This document shows positions 49,410-58,724 of a stretch of 64,000 bases of DNA, piece after piece. The notes below the pieces were generated by a model, which worked only from the letters and a program-made list of their open reading frames with translations, was not told the origin of the DNA and did no database searches. A program made the position numbers and the translations under genes. Source of the stretch: Alphaproteobacteria bacterium (lineage in GTDB: Bacteria; Pseudomonadota; Alphaproteobacteria; SP197); NCBI GenBank assembly GCA_964291415.2, contig OZ219917.1, positions 608,001 to 672,000 of the forward strand, in the 5' to 3' direction. Positions within the stretch are counted from its first letter, which is position 1. The number at the start of each line of letters is the position of its first letter.

Positions 49410-49560
49410 CGTTGACTGCGGATGGCCGCGTCAGGAGTTCATTCGCGCCATCGGGTTGCGAGCGTGCCCGTCCTGTCGAAAAGAAGGTTACATTGAGAAC
49501 TTCAAGGCGCGGCCTCGCGACGAACTCCTCGACGGGGAGATGTTCTCCATCCTGTGGTGT
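49410..49560 (+). mobile_element. IS3-family transposase fragment
   Basis: GYIENFKARPRDELLDGEMF resembles the IS3-family core NGYIESFNxRLRDELLNGEIF; an IS-end-like GCCCCGCCCTCTTGAAGTGGTCC lies near 49811. Confidence 0.6.
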
Positions 49561-49929
49561 CAAGGCACGCCGCGCGACTGCATGACAGCCTGGGACAACG
49601 CCAGCCCCGCAGACGAACCTCATGCCAGGCTTGGCCGCCCGGTTTCGCTCCACTGCGCCGATCGGCCAGAATTGCCGAGAAGTCGTCGACACACCAGGGT
49701 TCACAATGAACCGCGAGAGTTGGTCAATGGGACACCGGCCTGTGTCAGAGCACAACGTGGCCGGGGTCACCGGTAATGTCGTGCGGCGCTTTTTCGAACC
49801 GGGGCCGTTCGCCCCGCCCTCTTGAAGTGGTCCGGAGCGGGAGTTGGAATGAACCGCCGAACCGGAACCGCGCAGGATCCGTCTGATGGAGTGGCTCGGA
49901 TGAGCGAATCCGCCGAACGAAGACCGGCC

Positions 49930-50949
49930 ATGGACGTGAGAACGTTCGTTCGCAACCTGCCCAAGACCGAACTCCACCTGCACCTGGAGGGCTCGCTCGA
50001 GCCCGAGATGCTCATGCGTCTGGCTGCAAGGAACAGGGTCGAGATCCCGTTCCGTTCTGTGGAGGAGATTCGGGCCGCCTACCGCTTCGCGGAACTCCAG
50101 GAATTCCTCGACATCTATTACCAGGGCATGAACGTGTTGCGCGAGGAGGAGGACTTCTACGACCTCACCATGGCCTACCTGAAGCGCGCTGCGGCCGATG
50201 GCGCCGTTCACGTCGAAGTGTTCTACGACCCGCAGGGGCACACCGTGCGCGGCGTCCCCATTGCGACCGTCACGGACGGCATCCTGGCTGCGCTCGCCGA
50301 TGGACGCGGCGAACTCGGCATCACCTCGTTGCTGATCCTCTGCGTTCTGCGCCATCTGCCCGAGGACGACGGCTTCGCCACCTTCCGCCAGGCCGAACCC
50401 TGGATCGCAGACGGCCGAATCGCCGGTCTCGGCCTCGATTCGACCGAGAAGGGTAATCCGCCCGGCAAGTTCCTGCGCCTTTACGCCGCGGCCCGAGAAG
50501 CCGGGCTCAAGCTTGTTGCTCATGCCGGCGAGGAGGGCCCGGCTGCCTATGTCGCCGATGCGGTGGATGTGCTGGGAGTCGATCGCGTGGATCACGGCAA
50601 CCGTGCACTCGAGGACCCAATGCTGGTGCGGCGTCTGGTCAAACGGGGCATGACGCTGACGGTCTGTCCGCTCTCCAATCTCCGTCTGTGCGGTGTGACA
50701 GACATGAGGCATCATCCGCTGAAGCGCATGCTCGACGCGGGACTCAAGGTCACCGTCAACTCCGACGATCCGTCCTATTTCGGCGGGTATCTGCTGGACA
50801 ACTACGTGGCTGTGGCCGAGGCTCTGGAACTTGGACGGCGTGACCTGGTCACCTTGATCCGCAACTCCATCGAGGGCTCGTTCATGGAAGATCCGGTCAA
50901 GCAGTCTCATCTGCGTCGGATCGAGCGTGTCGTCGAAACGGGGGAATGA
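49930..50949 (+). CDS. Adenine/adenosine deaminase
   Basis: LPKTELHLHLEGSLEPE, LQEFLDIYY, AHAGEEGP, RVDHG, CPLSN, NSDDPSYF. Confidence 0.93.
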   Translation: MDVRTFVRNLPKTELHLHLEGSLEPEMLMRLAARNRVEIPFRSVEEIRAAYRFAELQEFLDIYYQGMNVLREEEDFYDLTMAYLKRAAADGAVHVEVFYDPQGHTVRGVPIATVTDGILAALADGRGELGITSLLILCVLRHLPEDDGFATFRQAEPWIADGRIAGLGLDSTEKGNPPGKFLRLYAAAREAGLKLVAHAGEEGPAAYVADAVDVLGVDRVDHGNRALEDPMLVRRLVKRGMTLTVCPLSNLRLCGVTDMRHHPLKRMLDAGLKVTVNSDDPSYFGGYLLDNYVAVAEALELGRRDLVTLIRNSIEGSFMEDPVKQSHLRRIERVVETGE

Positions 50950-51142
50950 TCCGGCCGCGCCACATCGCGATTGCCGTTCCGTTGGCGACCTCGGCGTCAT
51001 CAGCCTCGACGGGCCGCTGCTCCGCATCGACAAACAGACAGCCAGGATGGTCCAAGGCGGCGCCACCGGCTACATAGTTGTGTTCTGATCGATGCAGGCG
51101 AAGAACCTCGACAACGGCCCGCTGGATCGCGGTGAGGGGCAT
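50950..51142 (-). pseudogene. Internally deleted nucleotidyltransferase-type (AbiEii-like) toxin remnant
   Basis: MPLTAIQRAVVEVL...YVAGGAAL (GG-x-AL motif) joined directly to a C-terminal-looking GCLFVD segment; coupled to the upstream ORF by TAATG. Confidence 0.5.
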
Positions 51143-51492
51143 TACCGTGCCAACCTGACGAGCCTGCGCCCCAGGCCATAGGCTTCCGAGTTTCCCCGGT
51201 GCATGAGCGCGGTGCCGATCACGGCGGCATCGGCGAGCCCGGCCCTCTCCGGATCGACGTCAATGTTGTCGAGGCATTGTGCTCGGTACTTCTTGTACGC
51301 CTTTGCGATCAGCATACGCGCTTCCCTGACTGCCTCTGATTCCGAACCTTCGCGCAACTGGGCGGCATAGGCCTTCAGTTTGTCGACCTGACTGGCGGGA
51401 ACATGAACCTCCACGCGCTTCAAGCCAGCCCGACGACGACGGTCGCGGGACCGATAGACCCGTTCATTCACGGATGCATTCGCAGATGCCAT
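51142..51492 (-). CDS. Small putative DNA-binding antitoxin-like protein
   Basis: ERVYRSRDRRRRAGLKRVEVHVP N-terminus; an inverted repeat lies upstream. Confidence 0.6.
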   Translation of the reverse strand: MASANASVNERVYRSRDRRRRAGLKRVEVHVPASQVDKLKAYAAQLREGSESEAVREARMLIAKAYKKYRAQCLDNIDVDPERAGLADAAVIGTALMHRGNSEAYGLGRRLVRLAR

Positions 51493-51538
51493 TGCAGTGT
51501 CCCTGCCGCTTGTTGCCGGACACATTATCACAGCCATG

Positions 51539-51568
51539 ACCGGTAACATAATTCAATTTGTTGCCGGT
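51539..51568. promoter_or_regulatory. Imperfect inverted repeat, candidate autoregulatory operator
   Basis: ACCGGTAACA-N10-TGTTGCCGGT, with a third half-site TGTTGCCGG at 51511. Confidence 0.5.
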
Positions 51569-51703
51569 TACAGGATTGTCTCTCCCGTTCACTCCGTGTC
51601 AATTCAAACAGCGGTTCTTGACCGATGGAAGCCTGGCCACACGGTAAACCGCGTATCCAGCGAGGCTCATTCCATGCCCGCCTGGCTCACGGGGCGCACG
51701 TCA

Positions 51704-51818
51704 GGAGAAACAGGCCCTGCTCGAAGCCGGGGACTTTCTCGAGCGCGCCGGCATCCTCACCACCCTGCTCGAGATCGGCAGCCGCGAAGACGACGACAAC
51801 CCTGTGCGGCAGTGACGC
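51704..51818 (+). repeat. Lon-N 3'-end repeat, copy 2
   Basis: 115 bp with about 5 mismatches to 49251-49365. Confidence 0.95.
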
Positions 51819-51962
51819 GTCAAGCGGGATTGCAGTCGATCCGGAGTCCTGCATGGCCGGAGGCAAAGCGGCAAGCGGCCGCACGCGCACCATCGCCCGG
51901 TTCGGCTCCCGGCATCGGACTCCATGCTCGCCACGGCGCGGTGCGCGTGACCAGCGGGCTCG

Positions 51963-52290
51963 CTACCCGTTCCTTCGACGTTTCACGTCACCCTCGTGGC
52001 AAGCGGGCGCTTCCAGGAGACGCGCACAGAGTCTCGAGCGATCGTTCACCATGTGCAGAATCGGCTGATCCAGCCCGTTGGCGCCGGCGTCGGCCACCGC
52101 CTTGTCAAACGCAGCCGGGACCGTCTCGGCCATGGTCTTCCCCGCAGCGAGGACGTCAGCGGGGGACAGGCGTACCTGTGTGGCAAGTCTCACCCAATGG
52201 CGTGAACGGACATCTTCGAGCCCTTGGTTTCCGCCGAACGCGGTTGCCGTCTTCAGCCGCACCGGATCGAAGCCGTCATGCAGTTCGCAG
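51963..52290 (-). pseudogene. HipA-family toxin, C-terminal remnant
   Basis: FDPVRLKTATAFGG...LEDVRSRHWVRLA.QVRL...GLDQPIL resembles HipA C-termini; no N-terminus present. Confidence 0.5.
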
Positions 52291-52398
52291 GCAAGGAGGA
52301 CCGCGGTCCGGTTCCGTTATGAAGACGCGCTCGATCCCGAGGCGCACCAGTCCTCGCTCGTGAACGCCTCCCTGATCGGCACCATCACGGAATCCCGA

Positions 52399-53700
52399 TC
52401 ACTCCGGGTCATCATGTCGAGATGACGCCACGCCACTTTCGTCGAGAATTCCCTTCGCCACATCCTCGGCCGTGCCGACCGCGCCCTCCATCTGGCCGAT
52501 GAAGCGTTCCGCGTATTCCGCTCCCGCCCAGTGGATCCGGCCAACGGCCGGACGCAGCGCCGGGCCGTAGGCGGTCCAGCAACCGGTGGCAAGGAAGCTG
52601 TTGCACCCCCTGCTCCATGGCTCCGCCGCCCAGTCGACGGCGTGGAAGCAGACGACCTCCCGGGCGGGCGGCCCCAGCAGGACGGCAAGGTCGTCGAGAA
52701 CCGCCGCACGGCGCTCCTCGGCCGGCAGGGTGGCGATCTCACGGGACCGGACGATGGAGGACAGGCCGCCAATGCAGGCAAGATCCCCCTCGTCTCCCTC
52801 GTCCCAGGCGACGACGTTTTCCGACGAGACGGCTCTCATGCCCCGCGCCTCGCGCCAGAAGGGCCTTGCATAGAGCGCCGCGAACGCCACCTTGCCCCGT
52901 ATGGGCATGCGCTGCGTCAGGTAATCGCGCTGCGCCGGCATGGGAGGATCATAAGCGAGCCGCCCGGCGAGCACCGGCGGCAGGGCGGCGACGGCGTGGC
53001 GGGCCCTCACCTCTCCTCTCGCCGAATGGGCCGTCACCCCGCGTGCGTCCTGGCACAGGCGATGGACCGGCGAATTCAGGCGGACGTGGCCTGCGAGGTC
53101 ACGGGCGAGGCGGTCCGTGAGGGCATGGGCTCCGCCCGCGAAGAGTTCGCTGTCGTGGGCCGGACCGTCGAGACCCATGATCGAGGCCAGTCCTCCGTTC
53201 GATTTCAGGTAGGTCAAGGCATGCAACAGGGAGCACTCGGCAGGATCGGGGAGGAAGCCGATCAGGAGTCCGGCAAGGGTCCGGGCCGCACTCCCTCCCA
53301 CCTCTCGGTCGAGCCAGGTCGCCAGGGTCTCGCGGTCCCAGGAGGCGGCCTGCGCGGCCCGCCACGGAGCTTCCAGCGGCACGCAGTCGGCGAGATGATC
53401 GATGTGGCGGACGGCTGCCACCAGGCGATCGTCCACCACATCCTCCTCGCGGAAGGTCGTGGACACCCGCACCCCGATGCCGAGTTCCCGGGCCAGCGCC
53501 TTGATGCGATCCTGACCCGGTCCCGTCCAGCGGCCGCCGAGCTGGATCGCGCGGCCGCCGCGTTCCATGCCGAAGATACGTCCTCCGGTCCGCTCGCGAG
53601 CCTCCAGAACCACCACGGACTGCCCGCCTTCCACCAGCCGTCGGGCGGCCACGAGGCCTGCCAGGCCGGCGCCGACGATCACCGTGTCGCAGATCGTCAT
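52399..53700 (-). CDS. Flavin monoamine oxidase family protein
   Basis: VGAGLAGL, LEARERTGGR, GGRWTGPGQ, W..EPWSRGC, GRIHWAGAE, MEGAV. Confidence 0.9.
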   Translation of the reverse strand: MTICDTVIVGAGLAGLVAARRLVEGGQSVVVLEARERTGGRIFGMERGGRAIQLGGRWTGPGQDRIKALARELGIGVRVSTTFREEDVVDDRLVAAVRHIDHLADCVPLEAPWRAAQAASWDRETLATWLDREVGGSAARTLAGLLIGFLPDPAECSLLHALTYLKSNGGLASIMGLDGPAHDSELFAGGAHALTDRLARDLAGHVRLNSPVHRLCQDARGVTAHSARGEVRARHAVAALPPVLAGRLAYDPPMPAQRDYLTQRMPIRGKVAFAALYARPFWREARGMRAVSSENVVAWDEGDEGDLACIGGLSSIVRSREIATLPAEERRAAVLDDLAVLLGPPAREVVCFHAVDWAAEPWSRGCNSFLATGCWTAYGPALRPAVGRIHWAGAEYAERFIGQMEGAVGTAEDVAKGILDESGVASSRHDDPE

Positions 53701-54644
53701 GCCGGTGCGATCCGCGGACCGACACCGGTGCGCTCGACGATCAGGCCGTAGTGCTCCGTTCGCCGGTGAGCCGCGAAATTGAAGACCGTGTCCCGGCTGT
53801 GCTTCCCCGCATCGAGATCGCAGTCATGGGCAACGAGTTCGTCCGCGAAGGTGCGGCACATGGCGACGATCTCTCCCGAGGGCGCGATGATCGCCGACTG
53901 TCCGATCATGTCGTAACCCTCCTCATGTCCTGCCTTGGCCACACCGACGACCCAGCAGGCGTTCTGGTAGGCACCCGCCTGCATCACCAGGTGATTGTGG
54001 AACGGCGCCAATGCCGTGGCCTCGGGCGGTTCTGCGTCCAGTCCCACCGGCGTGTTGTAGCCGAGCACGATCATGTCGGCGCCCTGGAGAGCCATGACCC
54101 TGTAGGTCTCGGGCCAGCGCCGGTCGTTGCAGATGCACATGCCGATCAGACCACCGAAGGCTGGAAAGACCGGAAACCCGAGATTGCCGACCTCGAAGTA
54201 GCGCTTCTCGAGATGCTGGCCGGGATTGTCCGAAATCGGCTCCGCCGTCCCCGGCAGGTGGACCTTGCGGTACTTGCCGATGATCCCGCCCGAATTGTCG
54301 ACGAGAATGGACGTGTTGTAGCGGTGGACACCACCGTTCTCCCGGGCACGTTCCGCGTAGCCGAGGTGGAAGGCGATGCCCAGCTTTCCCGCCTCGTCGA
54401 AGAGGCGCTTGGTTTCGGCGCCCGGCATCTCGTCCTCGAACCAGGCGTTGATCTCCTCTTCGTCCTCGATCAGCCAGCGCGGAAAGAAGGTCGTCAGCGC
54501 GAGCTCTGGAAAGACCACAAGGTCGCAGGCAGCATCCGCGGCCTGCCGCATCAGCGCGATCAGGCGATCGACGACCGCGCGGCGGCTGTCGAGGCGCGCC
54601 ACGGGACCCATCTGCGCAGCTCCAACCCTGACGATGCGACTCAT
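53697..54644 (-). CDS. N-carbamoyl-D-amino-acid hydrolase (nitrilase superfamily)
   Basis: FPELALTTFFPRW, GKYRKVHLPG, HLEKRYF, CICNDRRWPE, GYNTP. Confidence 0.92.
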   Translation of the reverse strand: MSRIVRVGAAQMGPVARLDSRRAVVDRLIALMRQAADAACDLVVFPELALTTFFPRWLIEDEEEINAWFEDEMPGAETKRLFDEAGKLGIAFHLGYAERARENGGVHRYNTSILVDNSGGIIGKYRKVHLPGTAEPISDNPGQHLEKRYFEVGNLGFPVFPAFGGLIGMCICNDRRWPETYRVMALQGADMIVLGYNTPVGLDAEPPEATALAPFHNHLVMQAGAYQNACWVVGVAKAGHEEGYDMIGQSAIIAPSGEIVAMCRTFADELVAHDCDLDAGKHSRDTVFNFAAHRRTEHYGLIVERTGVGPRIAPA

Positions 54645-54762
54645 GACGGACCTCTCGTTGCCGACGGTGGATCGGGCGTCCGCAGTCTGCCAGCACCCTT
54701 GCCTTCTCGACAATGTCCTCGCCTCGAGAGATCACCGTGATCGGCCATTCCCGGTTCTAGCC

Positions 54763-55005
54763 GGCGCCACCGGCAGCGCAGTTGTGCTCCGATCGATGAG
54801 GGCGAAGAATCTCGGCAACGGGCTGCTGATCGAGGTGCGGGGTGTTACCGCGTCAAGCCGGCACCCGGGCCATGGGCTTTCGAGTTCCCCCGCGGTGCCG
54901 ATCACGGCGGCATCGGCGAGCCCGGCCCTCTCGGGATCGACGTCAACGGTGTCGAGGCTGTACGCCTTCGCGATCAGCATCCGCGCTTCCTTGACTGCCT
55001 CCGAC
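54763..55005 (-). pseudogene. Degraded second copy of the 51059-51340 antitoxin/toxin junction
   Basis: Shares REARMLIAKAY...DVDPERAGLADAAVIGTA and the toxin 5' sequence, with several short deletions. Confidence 0.85.
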
Positions 55006-55129
55006 CCATGATCCGGCGATCGGCAACCACCACAAGAAGCGCCGTCACGTCAGTTCGTCCCTGGTGGCATCGATATCGACGGGACCGTGATCCTCACTCA
55101 ACTGAAGTCGGTGATGATCGTCAACGGGA

Positions 55130-55312
55130 GGTCCAGGGCAAAAGGGTGCGCAGCACCAGACCAAGCTCGGAACGGGACTTGCCATGTTCAGTGGCGACGA
55201 CCCACTGTCGTCAGACTCCCGCTTTGCGGGCGAGCTCGGCCTGGCTCAGCTTTGGCTTGCGGCGTCTGTTGCGGATGATGAGACCGATGTCCAAGGGGGC
55301 TCGGACTTTCAT
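55130..55312 (-). pseudogene. HipB-like XRE-family HTH antitoxin with internal stop
   Basis: Manual translation MKVRAPLDIGLIIRNRRRKPKLSQAELARKAGV*RQWVVATEHGKSRSELGLVLRTL; absent from the ORF track. Confidence 0.75.
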
Positions 55313-55345
55313 GAGGTCTCAGGTGTCGTCGAACGCATTCAAACC

Positions 55346-55402
55346 GCATCCTCACCACCCTGTTCGCAATCGGCGGCCGGGAAGACGACGACAGTCCCGT
55401 GC
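55346..55402 (+). repeat. Lon-N 3'-end repeat, copy 3
   Basis: GCATCCTCACCACCCTG...GAAGACGACGACAGTCCCGTGC; about 6 mismatches over 57 bp. Confidence 0.85.
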
Positions 55403-55581
55403 GTCACCCACCCGTGAGGGGGTTCCTGTTATCACAAGGCACATAGACTGTGTTCACGATGTCCACGACTCCATGGACCTGGACGCGTCCGTACCGATTG
55501 GCGCGCCAAGGTCTCGGTTTCACTCGGGCGATCGATTGGCATGCACTGCAAACGCCGTGCGTCAGACCGCGGTCACCCTGA

Positions 55582-55950
55582 TCAGGTACCGTCGCGGAAG
55601 TTGAGTTCGACCGAAACGCCGTCGGGATCCTCGATGAAGATCTGCTTCGTCGGCGTATTGGGCACGTCATAGGTCTCGAAGGCGATCCCCTGCTCGCCGA
55701 GCCGGACCTTCATCGCCTCGAATCCTTTCACAGCAAAGGCGACGTGATCGACCGCGCTCATGCCGTCTCGAGGCGTGTCGGTCACGCTGACATGAACAAT
55801 CGGCTCGCCGCTTGCGTAAAGCCATGCGCCGGGGCTGTCGAACGACGGCCGCCAGCCCTCCTCGAGACCCAGCACGCCACAGTAGAAGTCGCGGCAACGC
55901 TCGAGATTGCTGGTGCTGATGTTGATGTGGTCGACGCCGTGGACGGTCAT
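55582..55950 (-). CDS. VOC (glyoxalase) family protein
   Basis: VDHINI, FYCGVLGL, RPSFDSPGAWL, VDHVAF, QIFIEDPDGVSVEL. Confidence 0.9.
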   Translation of the reverse strand: MTVHGVDHINISTSNLERCRDFYCGVLGLEEGWRPSFDSPGAWLYASGEPIVHVSVTDTPRDGMSAVDHVAFAVKGFEAMKVRLGEQGIAFETYDVPNTPTKQIFIEDPDGVSVELNFRDGT

Positions 55951-56064
55951 GGACGCGAGCCTCCCGCTCTGCAGCCTTGAACCAGACAAGTCGACTCTGC
56001 AACAGTCTCCTGAGCCGGGCAAGGAGCGCCCAATCGAGCCCGTGTTCGGCGCCGCGATCGAGCC

Positions 56065-56175
56065 GCATCCACACCATGCTGCTCGAGAACGGCAGCCTGG
56101 AAGACAACCACATCCCAAACCGGCAGTGACACGGGGAACGAAGACGGATACGCCCCAGGAAACCAGCATGACATG
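56065..56175 (+). repeat. Lon-N 3'-end repeat, copy 4 (most diverged, includes post-stop sequence)
   Basis: GCATCCACACCATGCTGCTCGAGAACGGCAGCCTGGAAGAC...GCAGTGAC then GGGGAACGA...ACCAGCATGAC, aligning to about 49298-49410. Confidence 0.75.
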
Positions 56176-56285
56176 AAGGCCCTCAATCGGAAGGCAGACC
56201 CTTGCCAACCTCCCGTCGTGGTCAATCTGGACCTTGCAGGGCTTTGCTGATATATCCCAATGTCATATCTTTCTCGGAGGCTTCC

Positions 56286-56534
56286 ATGCCCAGAACAGCC
56301 AAACTCTTCTGGTCGGGCCGATCTCAGGCGGTGCGGCTTCCCAAGGAGTTCCGGATGAAGGGCGCCGAAGTCCGCATCCGCAGGCAGGGCGCGGCGGTGG
56401 TTCTCGAACCCGTCGCGTCGGACTGGGAATGGCTTGACGCCATTGCTGGCGAGTTTTCCAGTGACTTCTTCGCGGCGGGGCGCAACCAGCCGGAACTTCC
56501 ATCTCGAACGCAGCTTGACAGCGTTTTCGACTGA
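56286..56534 (+). CDS. vapB: VapB antitoxin (AbrB/MazE/SpoVT fold)
   Basis: TAKLFWSGRSQAVRLPKEFR; GGAGG RBS. Confidence 0.93.
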   Translation: MPRTAKLFWSGRSQAVRLPKEFRMKGAEVRIRRQGAAVVLEPVASDWEWLDAIAGEFSSDFFAAGRNQPELPSRTQLDSVFD

Positions 56535-56944
56535 TGCGCTACCTATTCGATACCAACACCTGCATTGCTCTGCTCAACGACACATCGCCGCTGCTTCGCA
56601 AGCGCCTGCGTCACCTTGCGCCCGCGGATATCGGACTGCCTGCCCCGGTCGCCTATGAACTCTACTACGGTGCCCACAAGAGCCGACATGCGGAGCGCAA
56701 TCTCGCCTTGCTTGACCGGCTGGAGTTCGAGATCGTTCCATTCGACGCTGGCGATGCGCGCACAGCAGGTGCAGTGCGCAGCGAGCTTGAAGCGAAGGGG
56801 CTTCCGATTGGCCCGTACGATCTGCTGATCGCCGGGCAGGCCCGTGCCCGGAAACTGGTGCTGGTTACCGCCAACAGCCGGGAATTCGAACGGGTCGAAG
56901 GACTGGCTTGCGAAGACTGGACGGTTTCCGGCGCAGGCGCGTAA
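56534..56944 (+). CDS. vapC: VapC PIN-domain toxin
   Basis: YLFDTNTCI, ELYYGA, IGPYDLLIAGQA, LVTANSREFERV.GL..EDW; TGATG coupling. Confidence 0.95.
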   Translation: MRYLFDTNTCIALLNDTSPLLRKRLRHLAPADIGLPAPVAYELYYGAHKSRHAERNLALLDRLEFEIVPFDAGDARTAGAVRSELEAKGLPIGPYDLLIAGQARARKLVLVTANSREFERVEGLACEDWTVSGAGA

Positions 56945-57227
56945 CCTCGCAGCCGGCCTGACCGGACGGTGGCCGCCAATACCCACTTTCAGGTTCGGTC
57001 TCCATCCTGCTGCACCGCCGGCCATCAGCGACATGCTCACGTTCGGCCCGATGTGGCAGGGCGTTGCCAGGGCCTCCTTTCGCCATTGCGGCCAAGTAGA
57101 CGCGTCGAGTAGATATCTCTGGATCACGGCTGACTGACGGATACAGGCAAACAGCGCATCCGGCGGGGTCGGTTCAAGGAGGAGACCACATGGACATCAC
57201 GGGACATGTCTGCGGGAGGCAATTGCC

Positions 57228-57419
57228 ATGAGTGGAACCGACGTCGATCCCCGGCTTCTCGAGATCCTGGTCTGCCCGCTGACCAAGGGACCGCTCACAC
57301 TGGATCGCGAACGCCAGGAACTGGTGAGTGCCGAAGCGGGTCTCGCCTACCCCATCCGGGATGGCATCCCGATCATGCTGGTCGACGAGGCGCGCCGTCT
57401 CGATGAGGAGGAATCGTGA
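57228..57419 (+). CDS. Trm112 family protein (UPF0434)
   Basis: [17 protein letters not shown]...[16 protein letters not shown]. Confidence 0.95.
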   Translation: MSGTDVDPRLLEILVCPLTKGPLTLDRERQELVSAEAGLAYPIRDGIPIMLVDEARRLDEEES

Positions 57420-57793
57420 AGGGCGAAGCCCATCCCAGCCGCCATCGGCCCCTGGAGATTCGCCTGAAGTCGCGGCAGAAGGCTCTCGAGATCGACTTCG
57501 ACGACGGGACCTCCGTCTCGTTGCCGGCCGAACTGCTGCGTGTCGAAAGCCCCTCGGCCGAGGTCCAGGGACACGGCGCGGGCCAGAAGAAGGCCGTTCC
57601 CGGGCGCCGCCATGTCGGCATCATGTCGGTGGAGCCCGTCGGCAACTACGCCATACGCATCACCTTCGACGATCTGCACGATACCGGCATCTACTCGTGG
57701 AACTATCTCCACGAACTCGGCTGCAACCAGGAGAGCGTCTGGCAGGCCTACCTCGACCGCCTCGACGCCGAGGGTTTGTCACGGGACCCTTGA
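57416..57793 (+). CDS. DUF971 (gamma-butyrobetaine hydroxylase N-terminal-like) protein
   Basis: [39 protein letters not shown]. Confidence 0.92.
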   Translation: MKGEAHPSRHRPLEIRLKSRQKALEIDFDDGTSVSLPAELLRVESPSAEVQGHGAGQKKAVPGRRHVGIMSVEPVGNYAIRITFDDLHDTGIYSWNYLHELGCNQESVWQAYLDRLDAEGLSRDP

Positions 57794-57803
57794 TTTGGAG
57801 GTC

Positions 57804-57821
57804 GGGGGCATTACTGCCCCC
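57804..57821. terminator. Hairpin between convergent genes
   Basis: GGGGGCA-TTAC-TGCCCCC. Confidence 0.5.
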
Positions 57822-57837
57822 TTGTGCCGCTGTTCTG

Positions 57838-58530
57838 TCAGAGCGCCAACGAAGCGGCCATGGCGACCAGGAAACTCTCCACTTCGGCTCTGGCCCGTTG
57901 GGGGTCCCCGGACGTGATGGCATCCGCAATCTTCGACAGACGGTCGTGGAAATGCTTGCGGACAATGTTGGCCACCGGCGCCTGGTCACTCCCGCCGTCA
58001 AACTTGTTCGCACGACGCGCGGCCACGATCTGATCAAAGGTCCAGCACAGGAAGTCGTTGCCCGCCTCAACGTAGTAGAGGCGTGAGAACCCGTAGATGT
58101 CCTCCTTGAACTGGAGCCAGGTAGGCGCCGCCAGGATGCGTTCCAGCGCCGCCTCCAGGTCCTTGCAGAACTGTGGCGTCGGCGCTTCGGCGGCACGTGC
58201 CGCAACGGACGGCTCGACGAGCAGCCGCGCCTCCAGGGTCTCGTGGAAGCCGTGCGAGCGCTCGGGCGACATGTGGACCGCAGCATCTGCCAGCTCGATG
58301 ATCTGGGGCGCACGCTCGGACAGATAGGTGCCGCTGCCGATCTTGCGTTCAACCAGCCCTTCCTTCTGGAGCATGAGAAGCGCATCGCGCACCTGGGTGC
58401 GGGAGGCTCCCCTCATTTCCGCCAGCTTGCGCTCGTTGGGCAGTCGCTGGCCGGGCAGGATGTCGCCCGAGCGCAGGAGATCGCGGATCTCCCGATAAAC
58501 CCGGTCGGTCACATCAAAGGCAATCGACAA
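57838..58530 (-). CDS. GntR/FadR family transcriptional regulator
   Basis: PGQRLPNERKLA...SRTQVRDAL..L..EGLV....GSGTY and FCD-type EARLLVEP; TTG start inferred from AAAGGA. Confidence 0.88.
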   Translation of the reverse strand: MSIAFDVTDRVYREIRDLLRSGDILPGQRLPNERKLAEMRGASRTQVRDALLMLQKEGLVERKIGSGTYLSERAPQIIELADAAVHMSPERSHGFHETLEARLLVEPSVAARAAEAPTPQFCKDLEAALERILAAPTWLQFKEDIYGFSRLYYVEAGNDFLCWTFDQIVAARRANKFDGGSDQAPVANIVRKHFHDRLSKIADAITSGDPQRARAEVESFLVAMAASLAL

Positions 58531-58615
58531 GACGTTTCCTTTCGAATGGCCCCCCGGTCGCGCGAAACCGTACGCCTTTCTGGAGGGCAGCGTCACGTGG
58601 CGACGAACACGGGAA

Positions 58616-58686
58616 TTGACAAATGGTTGTGCATCTGCGCCAATTGGTCAACCGATTTCCACTCCTGGAAAATCCGGTTGACCAAT
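58616..58686. promoter_or_regulatory. Divergent promoter with two FadR-type operator boxes
   Basis: TTGACA at 58616; ATTGGTCAACCG (58643-58654) and its exact reverse complement (58675-58686). Confidence 0.65.
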
Positions 58687-58724
58687 GCCTGGTCAGCAGG
58701 CTGTCAGAACACACGGAGGAAACG

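Noticed and set aside
47662-51066. 1134-aa minus-strand ORF
   Set aside because: Antisense to ybbN, Lon-N and the deaminase, with no recognisable motifs; long shadow frames are expected at this GC content.
49251-56175. Lon-N repeats as a CRISPR array or integron attC sites
   Set aside because: Units are 57-115 bp, kilobases apart, derived from coding sequence and not palindromic; no cas or intI gene in the window.
56960-57200. Possible fifth Lon-N repeat or gene remnant before trm112 (GACGGATAC shared with the copy 4 flank; minus-strand IQRYLLDASTW... peptide)
   Set aside because: The match is only 9 bp and the peptide could not be assigned to a family by eye.
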